Assembly (NCBI RefSeq): GCF_002571385.2
Contig: NW_019217809.1
Span: 651,098-715,097 of the forward strand
Source of the DNA: Stylophora pistillata
Taxonomy: Eukaryota
Direction of reading: 5' to 3'
DNA length: 64,000 bases
Below, in pieces: positions 1 to 12,323 of the stretch. Under the pieces are notes generated by a model. It was not told the DNA's origin. It ran no database searches and worked only from the letters and a program-made list of their open reading frames with translations. Numbering within the stretch: position 1 is the first letter of the stretch; each line of letters begins with the position of its first letter. The position numbers and the translations under genes were made by a program.

Positions 1-1520
1 AACTTTAAGAAATTAGGCGCGCGTGACCTTTTAACATACCGCGTTTTAAAATCGACCGTTTTGAGAATAGCTTTTCTATCTCTTCATGTCTCAAAGCAAA
101 TAGTTTAAAGTTTAGGGTATTACGAACTTCGCAGCTTGTATTATTATAACTTCTTTTAGCTATAGAACATCTTATCTCCCATTAACCCTTTTTATCCTTC
201 AAGTAAGATAGATTAGTTAATGATTAGATTTCTAAATTATATCAATCCAGTTTTCGAACTGCTGTGGTGTATTTATAAATTAACATACTTCAACAAAAAC
301 TTCAAACTTCAAACTTATTTTCTCCTGAAATACCTTTAAGTAAAAAACCGACACAACTTGATGTGTCGGGACCGCTCAGGAAATCCAACTACTAAGGTAA
401 AAATTTAGAACCTTCGGAGTAAACCTGATAGTTTGCTGTGGAGTCGGCGGCAGCAAACAAACAGAATACAGACCGTAGAGAGTTAGAAATTTTGGATGGG
501 AAAATCTGCCACCATTTTCAAATTAAGTCGTTCCGATCCAAGTCAGCCTTGAAGTTCCAAAAATGACGATTCCTAACGTCATATTGATTTAAATAAAACT
601 ATATATGACTTCCAATCCCGCCCGACGCGACCGAAATGGAACAATATCTAGTCATAATTCGAGAGATATTACCAAAACAAAAAAAAACCTACAAATACTT
701 AAGCGAAAACGAATTCAGGTGTTCACTCCTGCTCTATGTGGCACAATCAGTGCATGATCTCTACCTGCGTTGTTCAAAAATATCATCGAAAATATTCTAC
801 GTTTGGAACCAGTCATTATTTCCGCCTGAAAGGGAACACACATGAATTTTAGGGGGAAACGGAGGGGGATCAATCGTCGCCAACAGAATATAAATGGGGG
901 AGACTATTAAACATTGACTCCCAATTAATAGCAAATAAGCGACGATCATAAGAATATTTCAGGGCCTAGGGAGGAGGGGTATCTTATCATAGCGCAACCA
1001 AAATCCTCTTTCCCCCTCTTTCCAGTCAATAAATTAATAGACGGTCCCTAATGCATTGTAACGATGACAATGATTAGAGAAGGAATTTCATTCTAAATGA
1101 AAGAACCTGCATGTTACTTAGGTAAGTGTCTACGAGAATACGTTTTACAAAATGGCTCGCTTTAAAAAACTGTCTTAGCACTCGTACAAATTCATGTGCG
1201 AACACGCTCACACAAATTCGTGAGCGAAAACGAAGGAAGTGTTTCTTTCTAGAGCTTTCATCACGAACAAGACTTCGGGCGAGCTCGGATTTCATAATCA
1301 GAAATCGACCCGAGATGATCTCGTTCTAATCGGCTGCGAAGGGCACGCTTTATTCTCTTTGGCTTTGCATACCACGTATGACAAAATAGACGTCAAACAT
1401 TCATCAATTTTCCAGCTGTCCCACATTAAATCTCTGACGTTATGCTGATATTACTGTGGAGATAACTTTGAGGCAGTTGGACTTAACGAAAAAAGAGAGT
1501 GTATCCATCACATAGGTGAA

Positions 1521-1578
1521 ATGTCAGCGAAAAAGGTCGTTATCGTCGTTATCTTAGGGTTAGCTGTATCAACACAGG
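1521..1578 (+). CDS. Signal-peptide first exon, cassette copy 1 (MSAKKVVIVVILGLAVSTQ/G), phase-1 donor
   Basis: ATG, basic n-region, hydrophobic h-region, then G|GTAAGT. Same architecture as lipase 2 exon 1 (12324-12375). Confidence 0.7.
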
Positions 1579-4500
1579 GTAAGTGGTACTTTTTTGCAAC
1601 TACTGACTGTACGAGAGCTCTTTAATGATTTCTCCCATGGGTGATCAATATTCGCGTTCTGATCAGTTGCCCAAAATTGAAAAATTTCTTATTGAAAACA
1701 GAAAAGACGAGTCATACGGTTAATGAAAGTGAGATAAAATGTGAAATTAAATGTTTCGTTTCAAAATAGACCCTTTGGAATCATGTTAGGCTGGTGTTGA
1801 CGCTATCATAGAAACAACGATAAACAATATTGCTCAGTAGATTGTAAATGATCACGATTGTGTTAATTTTTAAATTTCCGCTCATATTATGTAATCCTTC
1901 CACGTCAAAATATTCATACTTCGTAATATAAGAACAGGTTGTCGGTAGGTTCTCTTTACATCTTAGCTTGGACCGAATGTTACATGCGAATTTATCAGAA
2001 AATTTCCTTTTCTTTCAAATGGCACGGCCACGTTGACTCGACACGGCGTTTAATTCGAAAGGTTACTATAAGCGATGAAGGTATCAACTTCTTTCATCAA
2101 CTTTTCAGCTTGTGAATTTGCTCATTCAACCAACGGATGTGGTCACAGCTTTCTTCTTAAAGTATGTTTAGAAAACCCTACAATGCACTAAACTGAGACA
2201 GGTTATAGCTTTTGTTTCAAGATAATTGAGACACCTTGGCGTTTTATTGATTGACATGGAAAATAAAGGGATGGTTGTTTTTTTTCTTGTGTATGTTGAG
2301 TCTGTTAATTGGAGACCACTCCAGTAGTTGGTACGACTAGTTTAGAGTCATCTTCCCAAACGACCGNNNNNNNNNNNNNNNNNNNNNNNNNNNNNNNNNN
2401 NNNNNNNNNNNNNNNNNNNNNNNNNNNNNNNNNNNNNNNNNNNNNNNNNNNNNNNNNNNNNNNNNNNNNNNNNNNNNNNNNNNNNNNNNNNNNNNNNNNN
2501 NNNNNNNNNNNNNNNNNNNNNNNNNNNNNNNNNNNNNNNNNNNNNNNNNNNNNNNNNNNNNNNNNNNNNNNNNNNNNNNNNNNNNNNNNNNNNNNNNNNN
2601 NNNNNNNNNNNNNNNNNNNNNNNNNNNNNNNNNNNNNNNNNNNNNNNNNNNNNNNNNNNNNNNNNNNNNNNNNNNNNNNNNNNNNNNNNNNNNNNNNNNN
2701 NNNNNNNNNNNNNNNNNNNNNNNNNNNNNNNNNNNNNNNNNNNNNNNNNNNNNNNNNNNNNNNNNNNNNNNNNNNNNNNNNNNNNNNNNNNNNNNNNNNN
2801 NNNNNNNNNNNNNNNNNNNNNNNNNNNNNNNNNNNNNNNNNNNNNNNNNNNNNNNNNNNNNNNNNNNNNNNNNNNNNNNNNNNNNNNNNNNNNNNNNNNN
2901 NNNNNNNNNNNNNNNNNNNNNNNNNNNNNNNNNNNNNNNNNNNNNNNNNNNNNNNNNNNNNNNNNNNNNNNNNNNNNNNCAGAACTCTTTATTTACGTTC
3001 TAATTTGCGGCGCTTAAACGAACTTCGCCATCATCTGTCCTGGTGTTAGCTATCATGAGGCTCTTGTTATTATGAACTTTAAGAAATTAGGCGCGCGTGA
3101 CCTTTTAACATACCGCGTTTTAAAATCGACCGTTTTGAGAATAGCTTTTCTATCTCTTCATGTCTCAAAGCAAATAGTTTAAAGTTTAGGGTATTACGAA
3201 CTTCGCAGCTTGTATTATTATAACTTCTTTTAGCTATAGAGCATCTTATCTCCCATTAACCCTTTTTATCCTTCAAGTAAGATAGATTAGTTAATGATTA
3301 GATTTCTAAATTATATCAATCCAGTTTTCGAACTGCTATAGTGTATTTATAAATTAACATTCTTCAACAAAAACTTCAAACTTCAAACTTATTTTCTCCT
3401 GAAATACCTTTAAGTAAGAAACCGACACAACTTGATGTCGGGCCCGCTCAGGAAATCCAACTACTAAAGTAAAAATTTAGAACCTTCGGAGTAAACCTGT
3501 TAGTTTGCTGTGGAGTCGGCGGCAGCAAACAAACAGAATACAGACCGTAGAGAGTTAGAAATTTTGGATGGGAAAATCTGCCACCATTTTCAAATTAAGT
3601 CGTTCCGATCCAAGTCAGCCTTGAAGTTCAAAAATGACGATTCCGAACGTCATATCGATTTAAATAAAACTATATATGAGTTCCATTCCCGCCCGACGCG
3701 ACCGAAATGGAACAATATCTTGTCATAATTCGAGAGATATTACCAAAAATGTAAAAACGTACAAATGCTTAAGCGAAAACGAATTCAGGTGTTCACTCCT
3801 GCTCTATGTGGCACAATCAGTGCATGATCTCTACCTGCGTCGTTTAACAATATCATCGAAAATATTCGACATTTGGAACCAGTCATTATATCCGCCTGAG
3901 AGGGAACACACATGAATTTTAGGGGGAAACGGAGGGGGATCAATCGTCGCCAAAAGAATATAAATGGGGGAGACTATCAAACATTGACTCCCAATTAATA
4001 GCAAATAGGCGACGATCATAAGAATATTTCAGGGCCTAGGTAGGAGGGGTATCTTATCATAGCACAACCAAAATCCTCCTTCCCCCCTTTCCAGTCAATA
4101 AATAATAGACGGTCCCTAATGCTTTGTAACAATGACAATGATTAGAAAAGAAATCTAATTCTAAATGAAAGAACGTGCATGTTACTTAGGTAAGTGTCTA
4201 CGAGAATACGTTTTACAAAATGGTTCACTTTAAAAAAACTATCTTAGCACTCGTACAAATTTGTGTGCGAAAAGGCTCTCACACAAATTCGTGAGCGAAA
4301 ACGAAGTAAGTGTTCCTTTCTAGAGCTTTCATCACGAACAAGACCTCGGGCGAGCTCAGATTTCATAATCGGAAATCGACCCGAGATGATCTCGTTTAGT
4401 TCTAATCGGCTGCGAAGGGCACGCTTCATTCTCATTGGCCTTGCATACCATGTATGACAAAATAGACGTCAATCATTCATTAATTTTTCCAGCTGTCCCA

Positions 4501-4597
4501 CATTAAATCACCGACGTTATGCTGATATTACTGTAGGGATAACTTTGAGGCAGGTGGACTTAACGAAAAACGAGAGTGTATCCGTCACACAGGTGAA

Positions 4598-5553
4598 ATG
4601 TCTGCGAAAAAGGTCGTTATAGTCCCATTCTTAATGCTAGCTGCATCAACACGGGGTAAGTGGCACTTTTTTGCACCTACTGACTGTACGAGAGCTCTTT
4701 AATGATTTCTCGCATGGGTGATCAATATTCGCGTTCTGATCAGTTGCCCAAAATTGAAAAATTCCTTATAGAATACAGAAAAGAAGCGTCATACGGTTAA
4801 ATGAAAGTGAGATAAAATGTGAAATTAAATGTTTCGTTTCAAAATAGACCCTTTGGAATCATGTTAGGCTAGTGTTGACGCTATCATAGAAACAAAGATA
4901 AATAATATTGCTCATTAGATTGTAAATGATCATGATTGTGTTAATTTTTAAATTTCCGCTCATATTATGTAATCCTTCCACGTCACAATATTCATACTTC
5001 GTAATATAAGAACAGGTTGTCGGTAGGTTCTCTTTACATCTTAGCGTGGACCGAATGTTACATGCGAATTTATCAGACAATTTCCTTTTCTTTCAAATGG
5101 CAAGGCCACGTTGACTCGACACGGCGTTTAATTCGAAAGCTTACTAAAAGCGATGAAGGTATCAACTTCCTTCATCAACTTTTCAGCTTGTGAATTTGCT
5201 CATTCAACCAACGGATGTGGTCACAGCTTTCTTCTTAAAGTATGTTTAGAAAACCCTACAATGCACTAAACTGAGACAGGTTATAGCTTTTGTTTCAAGA
5301 TAATTGAGACACCTTGGCGTTTTATTGATTGACATGGAAAATAAAGGGATGGTTGTTTTTTTTCTTGTGTATGTTGAGTCTGTTAATTGGAGACCATTCC
5401 TGTAGTTGGTACGACTAGTTTAGAGTCATCTTCCCAAACGACCGCCGCATACGGGAAAAAGTTTCTAAGATTCTGTTTCTTAACCTCTGTGTGTCTTCAT
5501 TCACAGGATTGGACACAGAACTCTTTATTTACGTTCTAATTTGCGGCGCTTAA
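4598..5553 (+). CDS. Cassette copy 2: signal exon 4598-4655 plus putative terminal exon 5507-5553, giving MSAKKVVIVPFLMLAASTRG-LDTELFIYVLICGA* (truncated lipase-derived unit)
   Basis: G|GTAAGT donor at 4656; polypyrimidine tract plus TCACAG acceptor ending at 5506; phase 1 matches; TAA at 5551-5553. The same exon tail is visible for copy 1 at 2980-3017. Confidence 0.5.
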
Positions 5554-7756
5554 ACGAACTTCGCCATCATCTGTCCTGGTGTTAGATATTAAGAGGCTCT
5601 TGTTATTATGAACTTTAAGAAATTAGGCGCGCGTGACCTTTTAACATACCGCGTTTTAAAATCGACCGTTTTGAGAATAGCTTTTCTATCTCTTCATGTC
5701 TCAAAGCAAATAGTTTAAAGTTTAGGGTATTACGAACTTCGCAGCTTGTATTATTATAACTTCTTTTAGCTATAGAGCATCTTATCTCCCATTAACCCTT
5801 TTTATCCTTAAAAAACTGTCTTAGCACTCGTACAAATTTATGTGCGAAAACGCTCACACAAATTCGTGAGCGAAAACGAAGGAAGTGTTTCTTTCTAGAG
5901 CTTTCATCACGAACAAGACTTCGGGCGATNNNNNNNNNNNNNNNNNNNNNNNNNNNNNNNNNNNNNNNNNNNNNNNNNNNNNNNNNNNNNNNNNNNNNNN
6001 NNNNNNNNNNNNNNNNNNNNNNNNNNNNNNNNNNNNNNNNNNNNNNNNNNNNNNNNNNNNNNNNNNNNNNNNNNNNNNNNNNNNNNNNNNNNNNNNNNNN
6101 NNNNNNNNNNNNNNNNNNNNNNNNNNNNNNNNNNNNNNNNNNNNNNNNNNNNNNNNNACGAGAGCTCTTTAATGATTTCTCGCATGGGTGATCAATATTC
6201 GCGTTCTGATCAGTTGCCCAAAATTGAAAAATTCCTTATAGAATACAGAAAAGATGAGTCATACAGTTAAATGCAAGTGAGATAAAATGTGAAATTAAAT
6301 GTTTCGTTTCAAAATAGACCCTTTGGAATCATGTTAGGCTGGTGTTGACGCTATCATAGAAACAAAGATAAACAATATTGCTCATTAGATTGCAAATGAT
6401 CATGATTGTGTTTATTTTTAAATTTCCGCTCATATTATATAATCCTTCCACGACACAACATTCATACTTCGTAAAAAAGGAACAGGTTGTCGGTAGGTTC
6501 TCTTTACATCTTGGCGTGGACCGAATGTTACATACGAATTTATCCGACAATTTCTTTTTCTTTCAAATGGCAAGGCCACGTTGACTCGACACGGCGTTTA
6601 ATTCGAAAGGTTACTATAAGCGATGAAAATATCAACGTCTTTGCCGAACTTTCTAGCTTGTGAATTTGCTCATTCAACAAAAGGATGTGGTCGCAGGTTT
6701 CTTCTTAAAGTATGTTTAGAAAACCCTACAATGCACCAAACTGAGACAGGTTATAGCTTTTGTTTCAAGACAATTGAAACACCTTGGCGTTTTAGGAGCA
6801 TGTGATACAGATTTCCTGTCCGGTTTGAAAATAACTAGAGCAATTGCATCGTCTCGTGCTTAGTTAATTTCATCAGCATTCTGGTTGTCAACGAGTGGGT
6901 AAATAATGCATTGTTTGTAGTTGCGGGTCAGCTTCCGTCATATTGCGACAGCAAATTATTTAAATTTCCATTTGGAACTCAACGGCTCCTTTATACGTCA
7001 TGCTGAAGTTGAGCTGTGGCGCTGTATGAGACAGTAAGCTCCTGCAGCCATTTTTGAAATTCTAACTAAGAGTAGAACTCATTTTTTTATCGTAGTCTTC
7101 CTTGGCGTCGCCGTCGTGGTTTCTTAAGGTACCTATTATTCATCGCCTGAGGGGAGGAGGAGTTTTGGGGTGATCACACGCCTTTCAGGGGGAACGGAGG
7201 GGGAGCAGTCGTCACCAACAGAGTATAAAGAGGGAATATAGAAAATTGACTGCCAATTTATTGGCAGGAGGGAGTCAGATAAACGTTACGAAGGGGGTAT
7301 CAGGTAAATTTTATCGAGACACAAGCGACATCATCCGACCCTCCCTCCAGCGATGAATATTGATCGATTACCTATTGACGACTCTTGATATAACACCCAC
7401 GAGGTCGCTATTTCTGGGCGAAATGTTTTAGGTTAAGGAGTTTAACTGCAGTTTTGAGACCCAAATACTGCGTTGTATTGGCGGCCAGTACGGAGCGTGG
7501 GTTAATTGTCATCCACCGATGCACTTGCGTAAAAGCATTTATCAATAGTCATAAATTTAATTTGTCAAAATCAACGCTTGAGGAAAGTAGTGTGATTTGG
7601 TGGCTACCAGCGAACTTTCAGTTAGATATAACGAATAGCTAGCTAGTGGCAATACTTTCATGTGACGAATGATGCGGAACTCGCGAGATAAACACCGGTT
7701 AGATGGACCTCTAAGCTTTTAGATAACATTAAATCACCTTCATTCAAATATTGCAG

Positions 7757-8568
7757 GATTGCTTTTTAACCGTGAGCCCAAAGAGGTCACTTATGGAAAG
7801 TACGGCACATTCAAGGAACAACCAAATGTTCGATGGAGCATCTTCATTCGCCGCCCAAGTTTACCAGAATCTCCATCCACTGTTGGCACAACATTTCACT
7901 TGTTTACTCGAGGTGGCTCTTTGACAGTTGATGATGAAGATTATACGAACCTAATGGGCTCAGACTTCGACATCTCACGACGCACGATATTTATAATTCA
8001 CGGTTTCAATGGTGAGTACCCTTACTGCCTGCAGTACAAGGACTTATATATTGGCCGTGCTTTGTACAGCATAAATTGACCAAATTCTAGCATACATGCA
8101 TATAAAAGCCAATACGTAAGGCACAAACGAGCTATAGTGACAAAAAAATAATTCAATATCTGATTTTAGTATTTATTCTCTTCTTTACAGGTCTCTGGAT
8201 ATTTTTCGTTTATGTTTTACTTTTTTTCTGGTTTTGTTTCTCATGTGTTTCCGTTTCGTTTCGCTTCGCTGTTTGTTTTGCTTTTAAATTCTATCTGTTT
8301 TCAAAGTTTACATAAGTATTCATAACGACATGTTATTATCCAACTATGCTTCACAGGGTACAAATAACGCCCAGAACGAGTAAAAATATCTCGCTGTATT
8401 TCTACTCCAGAGAATATCACGCACCCCTCGTAAATCAAATATCCGCGAAATTCGCTCACACTGAAATAACAATTTGGTGTGTTGAATGATAAATCTCTTA
8501 TTAAACGTCTTGTTGTGTAGTATCGCTGAGTATTTTTACTCGTTGTTTGTATTTTGACTGGCCTCACT

Positions 8569-8617
<49 letters not shown>

Positions 8618-10527
8618 CAGCAAAACGTTTCAAGAGATATCAGTTATTTACATATAATATCATTTTTCAAATATTTCTTTTTTAATTTTTTTTGTAAATT
8701 ACTGTATATATAGAAGGTAAAGATACCTGGGCAGTGAGAATGAAAGACGCCCTTCTAAATCAGGAAGATTGCAATGTGATTTTGGTGGATTGGTCTGAAG
8801 GAGCAAAAAACCAACCAAACATTGATCTCTTAAAGAGCTATCTACAGGCTGCTGGAAACACTCGACTGGTAGGGGCTCAGGTAGCAGAGCTGATAAGGTT
8901 CCTGATTTCTAGCGATGCTAGATCACATGAACCGGAGTTCTATATTGTGGGATTTAGCCTCGGTGCCCAGACAGCGGGGTATGCAGGGAGCTACTTAAGG
9001 AATAAAGCCGAGATGACACTTAGTCGTATTACAGGTAGGTTTCTGGGAAAAAACTGTTTCAGACTGTGACAGATACTAAAATCCTAATGGAAAACTTCTC
9101 TGCTGAGATAAGTTGCCATTAATTAAAACATAGAAACCGTCGTTTTAACCTGTGTTTTCCAGATCTGATTAACATTAACAAACTTGCGCTTAGTTAAGTG
9201 ATTTTGGCCTTTGCATTCAGCACTTGTCGCTGTTTTGGATGCTCAAGAGAGAGCGGTCACCCTTGCAATCCTCTATTTTACTGACCTGAGCCCGTGGTGA
9301 ATATCTCTCTTCACAGGATTAGATCCAGCTAATCCTTTTTTTAGGAACGCCGATGTTAACTACCGATTGGACCCAAGTGACGCTGAGTATGTTGACGTCA
9401 TACACACAGACATGGATGTCGCTGGGACGGACAAAGCGACAGGTCATACGGACTTTTATCCAAATGGGGGAAAAAGTCAGCCTGGTTGTAAATCCGATCG
9501 GCTAGGGCTAGGTATGTGAATGAGTTATAACAAGAAATCATAACCTGCGATCAAATGTGGTAAGACATGTTGTATTTACTCTTACTATAAAAAGGCAACA
9601 GTCATTATTTGTCGCCTAAGAGGGGGAACAATTCACCTAAGTGGAAAAATTCGGCCACGATTTACCTTCATACGCCGTGCAAAGTGTAAAAAAAATTATG
9701 AGAGTGTAAACTAACAAAAACTGAGTAAAGTTTAGAACAACAATGCGCGTAAATCTCGACCTTAAAAACTTATACTGAACTTAAAATTCTCCCTGTTTAC
9801 AATAACGAATTATCCATCTAAGTGCGCATGTGCAGTCATTTGACCGCTTTGTTTCCGAACCGGCACCAGGCGGTGAGAAATGAACAGTCCCTAAGCCTAA
9901 TAGCGGAGTTTATTCAAGTAACATAATTAATTTTTCGCTATGGGCATAGAGTACTGAGTTCAATATGGCTAAAAATGTGCGGTTTTTCTAGTTAATAATC
10001 ACATTGCGATATTCATTAAAACTCAAACAGTTATGCCTGACTGTTCTCCAGACTCCTTGAAGAATCTCGCCTGTGACCACATGAGGGCTACAGAATACTA
10101 CATTGCAACAATTGAACCAAAGAAAGACGAACCAGATTGTTCCTGGAAAGCGTATCCGTGTGGAAGATACTCTGACTTTGAGAAACGAAGGTGTATGACC
10201 TGCAATGGGGAATGTCCCACTATGGGGTACCTTGCCGACAAAACCAAACGAACTGGAGAATTTTATCTGGACACAAACCACCAAGCTCCGTTCTGTGGTA
10301 TGTGGGTCTCACTCGTTCCTTTTCGTGTTTCGCCATAGAAAACTGTTTAGCATTTGATCATCCTTGATTTATGGTTCAACCGTATCACTTATATTTCCGA
10401 AATTTAAAGTATGTTTCAGTTAATGACACTGGCATGTGCAGTTTGCAGAACAACCGCACGTGGACCAATTTTTTTGATTAATTTGTGTCATAATCTTCTG
10501 TGGTCCGTAGGGTCGCTTCCATGGTAA
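7757..10527 (+). CDS. Pancreatic lipase family / phospholipase A1-like lipase 1, no C-terminal PLAT domain; exon 1 presumed in N-gap 5930-6157
   Basis: Exons 7757-8011, 8714-9034, 9317-9511, 10052-10297, 10511-10527 join in frame with GT-AG. Motifs IHGF, NVILVDW, GNTRLVG, GFSLG (Ser), ITGLDPA (Asp), DVIHTD, DFYPNGG, CDH (His), PFC. Confidence 0.9.
8493..8638. mobile_element. Small inverted-repeat element (MITE-like) in lipase 1 intron
   Basis: GTGTAGTATCGCTGAGTATTTTTAC ... GTAAAAATACTCAGCGATACTACAC inverted arms. Confidence 0.65.
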
Positions 10528-10892
10528 AAAAAATGCTGTCTGATTCGCTGGTGAAGAAATTCTGCTTTTACTACTTTGGTGAATAGAGAATTATGATTAC
10601 GGTGTTGTAGTAGTTTAGTTCTGTTTTTAGTTTTACTTTAACGAAGCCCAAGTCGTGCACAATGTGCCTCTGTTTTCGACAGGGACATTTTTTAGTCTTT
10701 TGTAACTGCAAATGAAAAATGCGATAGTTTGTTTGTTTGTTTATTGGATAAGTAGGCATTCAAAATGAATAAAAACTGGAGGGTTGGCTGAGAGACTCTC
10801 TTTGATGGAAACTTTAGGTGAACAACACTGGTCTGGGCGGATCTTTTAAGTAAACCCTGCGCGATGGTACAGACCATTGAAACCTAACGTCC

Positions 10893-11069
10893 AATAGCCC
10901 ATTTCCGAACTACACTTGGCCTCTTTTTCAAAACGAGGCCTGGTGCTCAACCATTCTTGTGAAAATGAGTTTAATTTGGATGTGAATGAAAGCTTATTAT
11001 CATATGAAAGGATGAGCACCGGGACTCGTTTTGAAAATGAGGCCAAGGGTAATTCGGAAATGGGCTATT
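10893..11069. mobile_element. MITE, ~177 bp
   Basis: TIR AATAGCCCATTTCCGAA / TTCGGAAATGGGCTATT with further internal symmetry. Confidence 0.75.
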
Positions 11070-12323
11070 GTGGAAAGGGGGAGGGGCAGACATAAAGATC
11101 GCAAAACACTTTGCTGCGACAGACAATTCTCGACCTTTAAAATTCTGCCAACTATCTATTATCTGATGCAAAGAGCCTATCATTAAAAATACTGACCACA
11201 GAAAACAAACTTAAGACAACAAAAGCTTCTATAGCTATCATAAGCAGTTCTTCACGGTACTGATGCATTTGCATTAACGTTACTATTCGCCTAGATTTTT
11301 CCTAGTGGAAAATAAAGGTAAACAACAAAATAAGAAAAAAAAACGCAGATAAATGTCTGGCTCATAAAATTTTGACTCGCAAACAAGAAGAATAATAATA
11401 AAAATAGTTTCATCATACTAAGTGTTAGACAATTTCAATTCTGGGCCAACACGAGGAAACTGATTGCTCAGCTGTTTCGTGTCTTTAATGAAGTAAGTCG
11501 CGCTTTGCGAATGCGTATTGATATATTTAGCTTGGTTTACTTTCTATCCGATCAAAACGTCTTGGTGTTCACCTGATAATTATAGATTGCCTCAACCCAG
11601 AAGATAAAGAAATAAGATTATTTCCAGTTGCTTGTAGAATAAATTATCCCATTAAAGGTAAAACCGATACATTACACAGCCTCTCTAAAAAAAATATTTT
11701 TGAAATGTTCTTTTGTCATTTCTGAGTGTTTACGTTTCCTAGGCTGATCAAATAGATTACACGATGAAGTTTGATTTTGAATTCGGTATTGATTTCCCCG
11801 ACTGAAAATTAAACTCTCTCCAAATCGACAGTAAACAGAAATACGATTTAGTCGGACTGAGGAGGCGGCTACATAAAAGTAGAATCATATTGAAATCCAT
11901 GAAGCGTCAAATAATCAACTGAAATATCACAAATACAACTTTAAAAAGCAATGATATGAAGGGATCTTTGGTTCCAGCATTAAGACGAAAATTTAGGCAT
12001 AAAAAATTACTCAAAAGGCTTTTGAAAATTTTATCTCTATTTTTCTTTTGTAATCATTGGAATAAAAAAGATATTGTGTTGAAAACCGTCTCACAACCAG
12101 TGATGTAACGGAAACGAAAATCAAACAATATCTCCTACTGAGTTAAGAATAAGCTTTTTATTTTTAAAACAATCGATTTGGTTTGTTTGCACAGCTGAGG
12201 TCTTTCTTTGATAAAGTACTGAGTTCAAAATAAGATTACTTACCCAGCAGACTTCATCTCTAAATCGCAATAAGTCAATCAGGAACCACTACTATACATT
12301 AAGGCTATTGTGGGGCCAAAAAC

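Larger units (their letters stand above)
1..6793 (+). repeat. Tandem segmental repeat, unit ~2.54 kb, at least 3 copies (starts at 1, 3075, 5611; third copy internally deleted and running into lipase intron 1)
   Basis: AACTTTAAGAAATTAGGCGCGCGTGACC recurs at 1, 3075 and 5611. Copies are highly similar throughout. Unit 2 (3075-5610, 2536 bp) is gap-free. N-gaps at 2367-2979 and 5930-6157. Confidence 0.92.

Noticed and set aside
2309-3049. ORFs spanning N-runs (also 5885-6185 and 21085-21448)
   Set aside because: Artefacts of assembly gaps.
636-6805. Recurrent 60-80 aa ORFs in the tandem cassettes
   Set aside because: They recur only because the DNA is duplicated; several are broken by indels or stops between copies and none has recognisable motifs.
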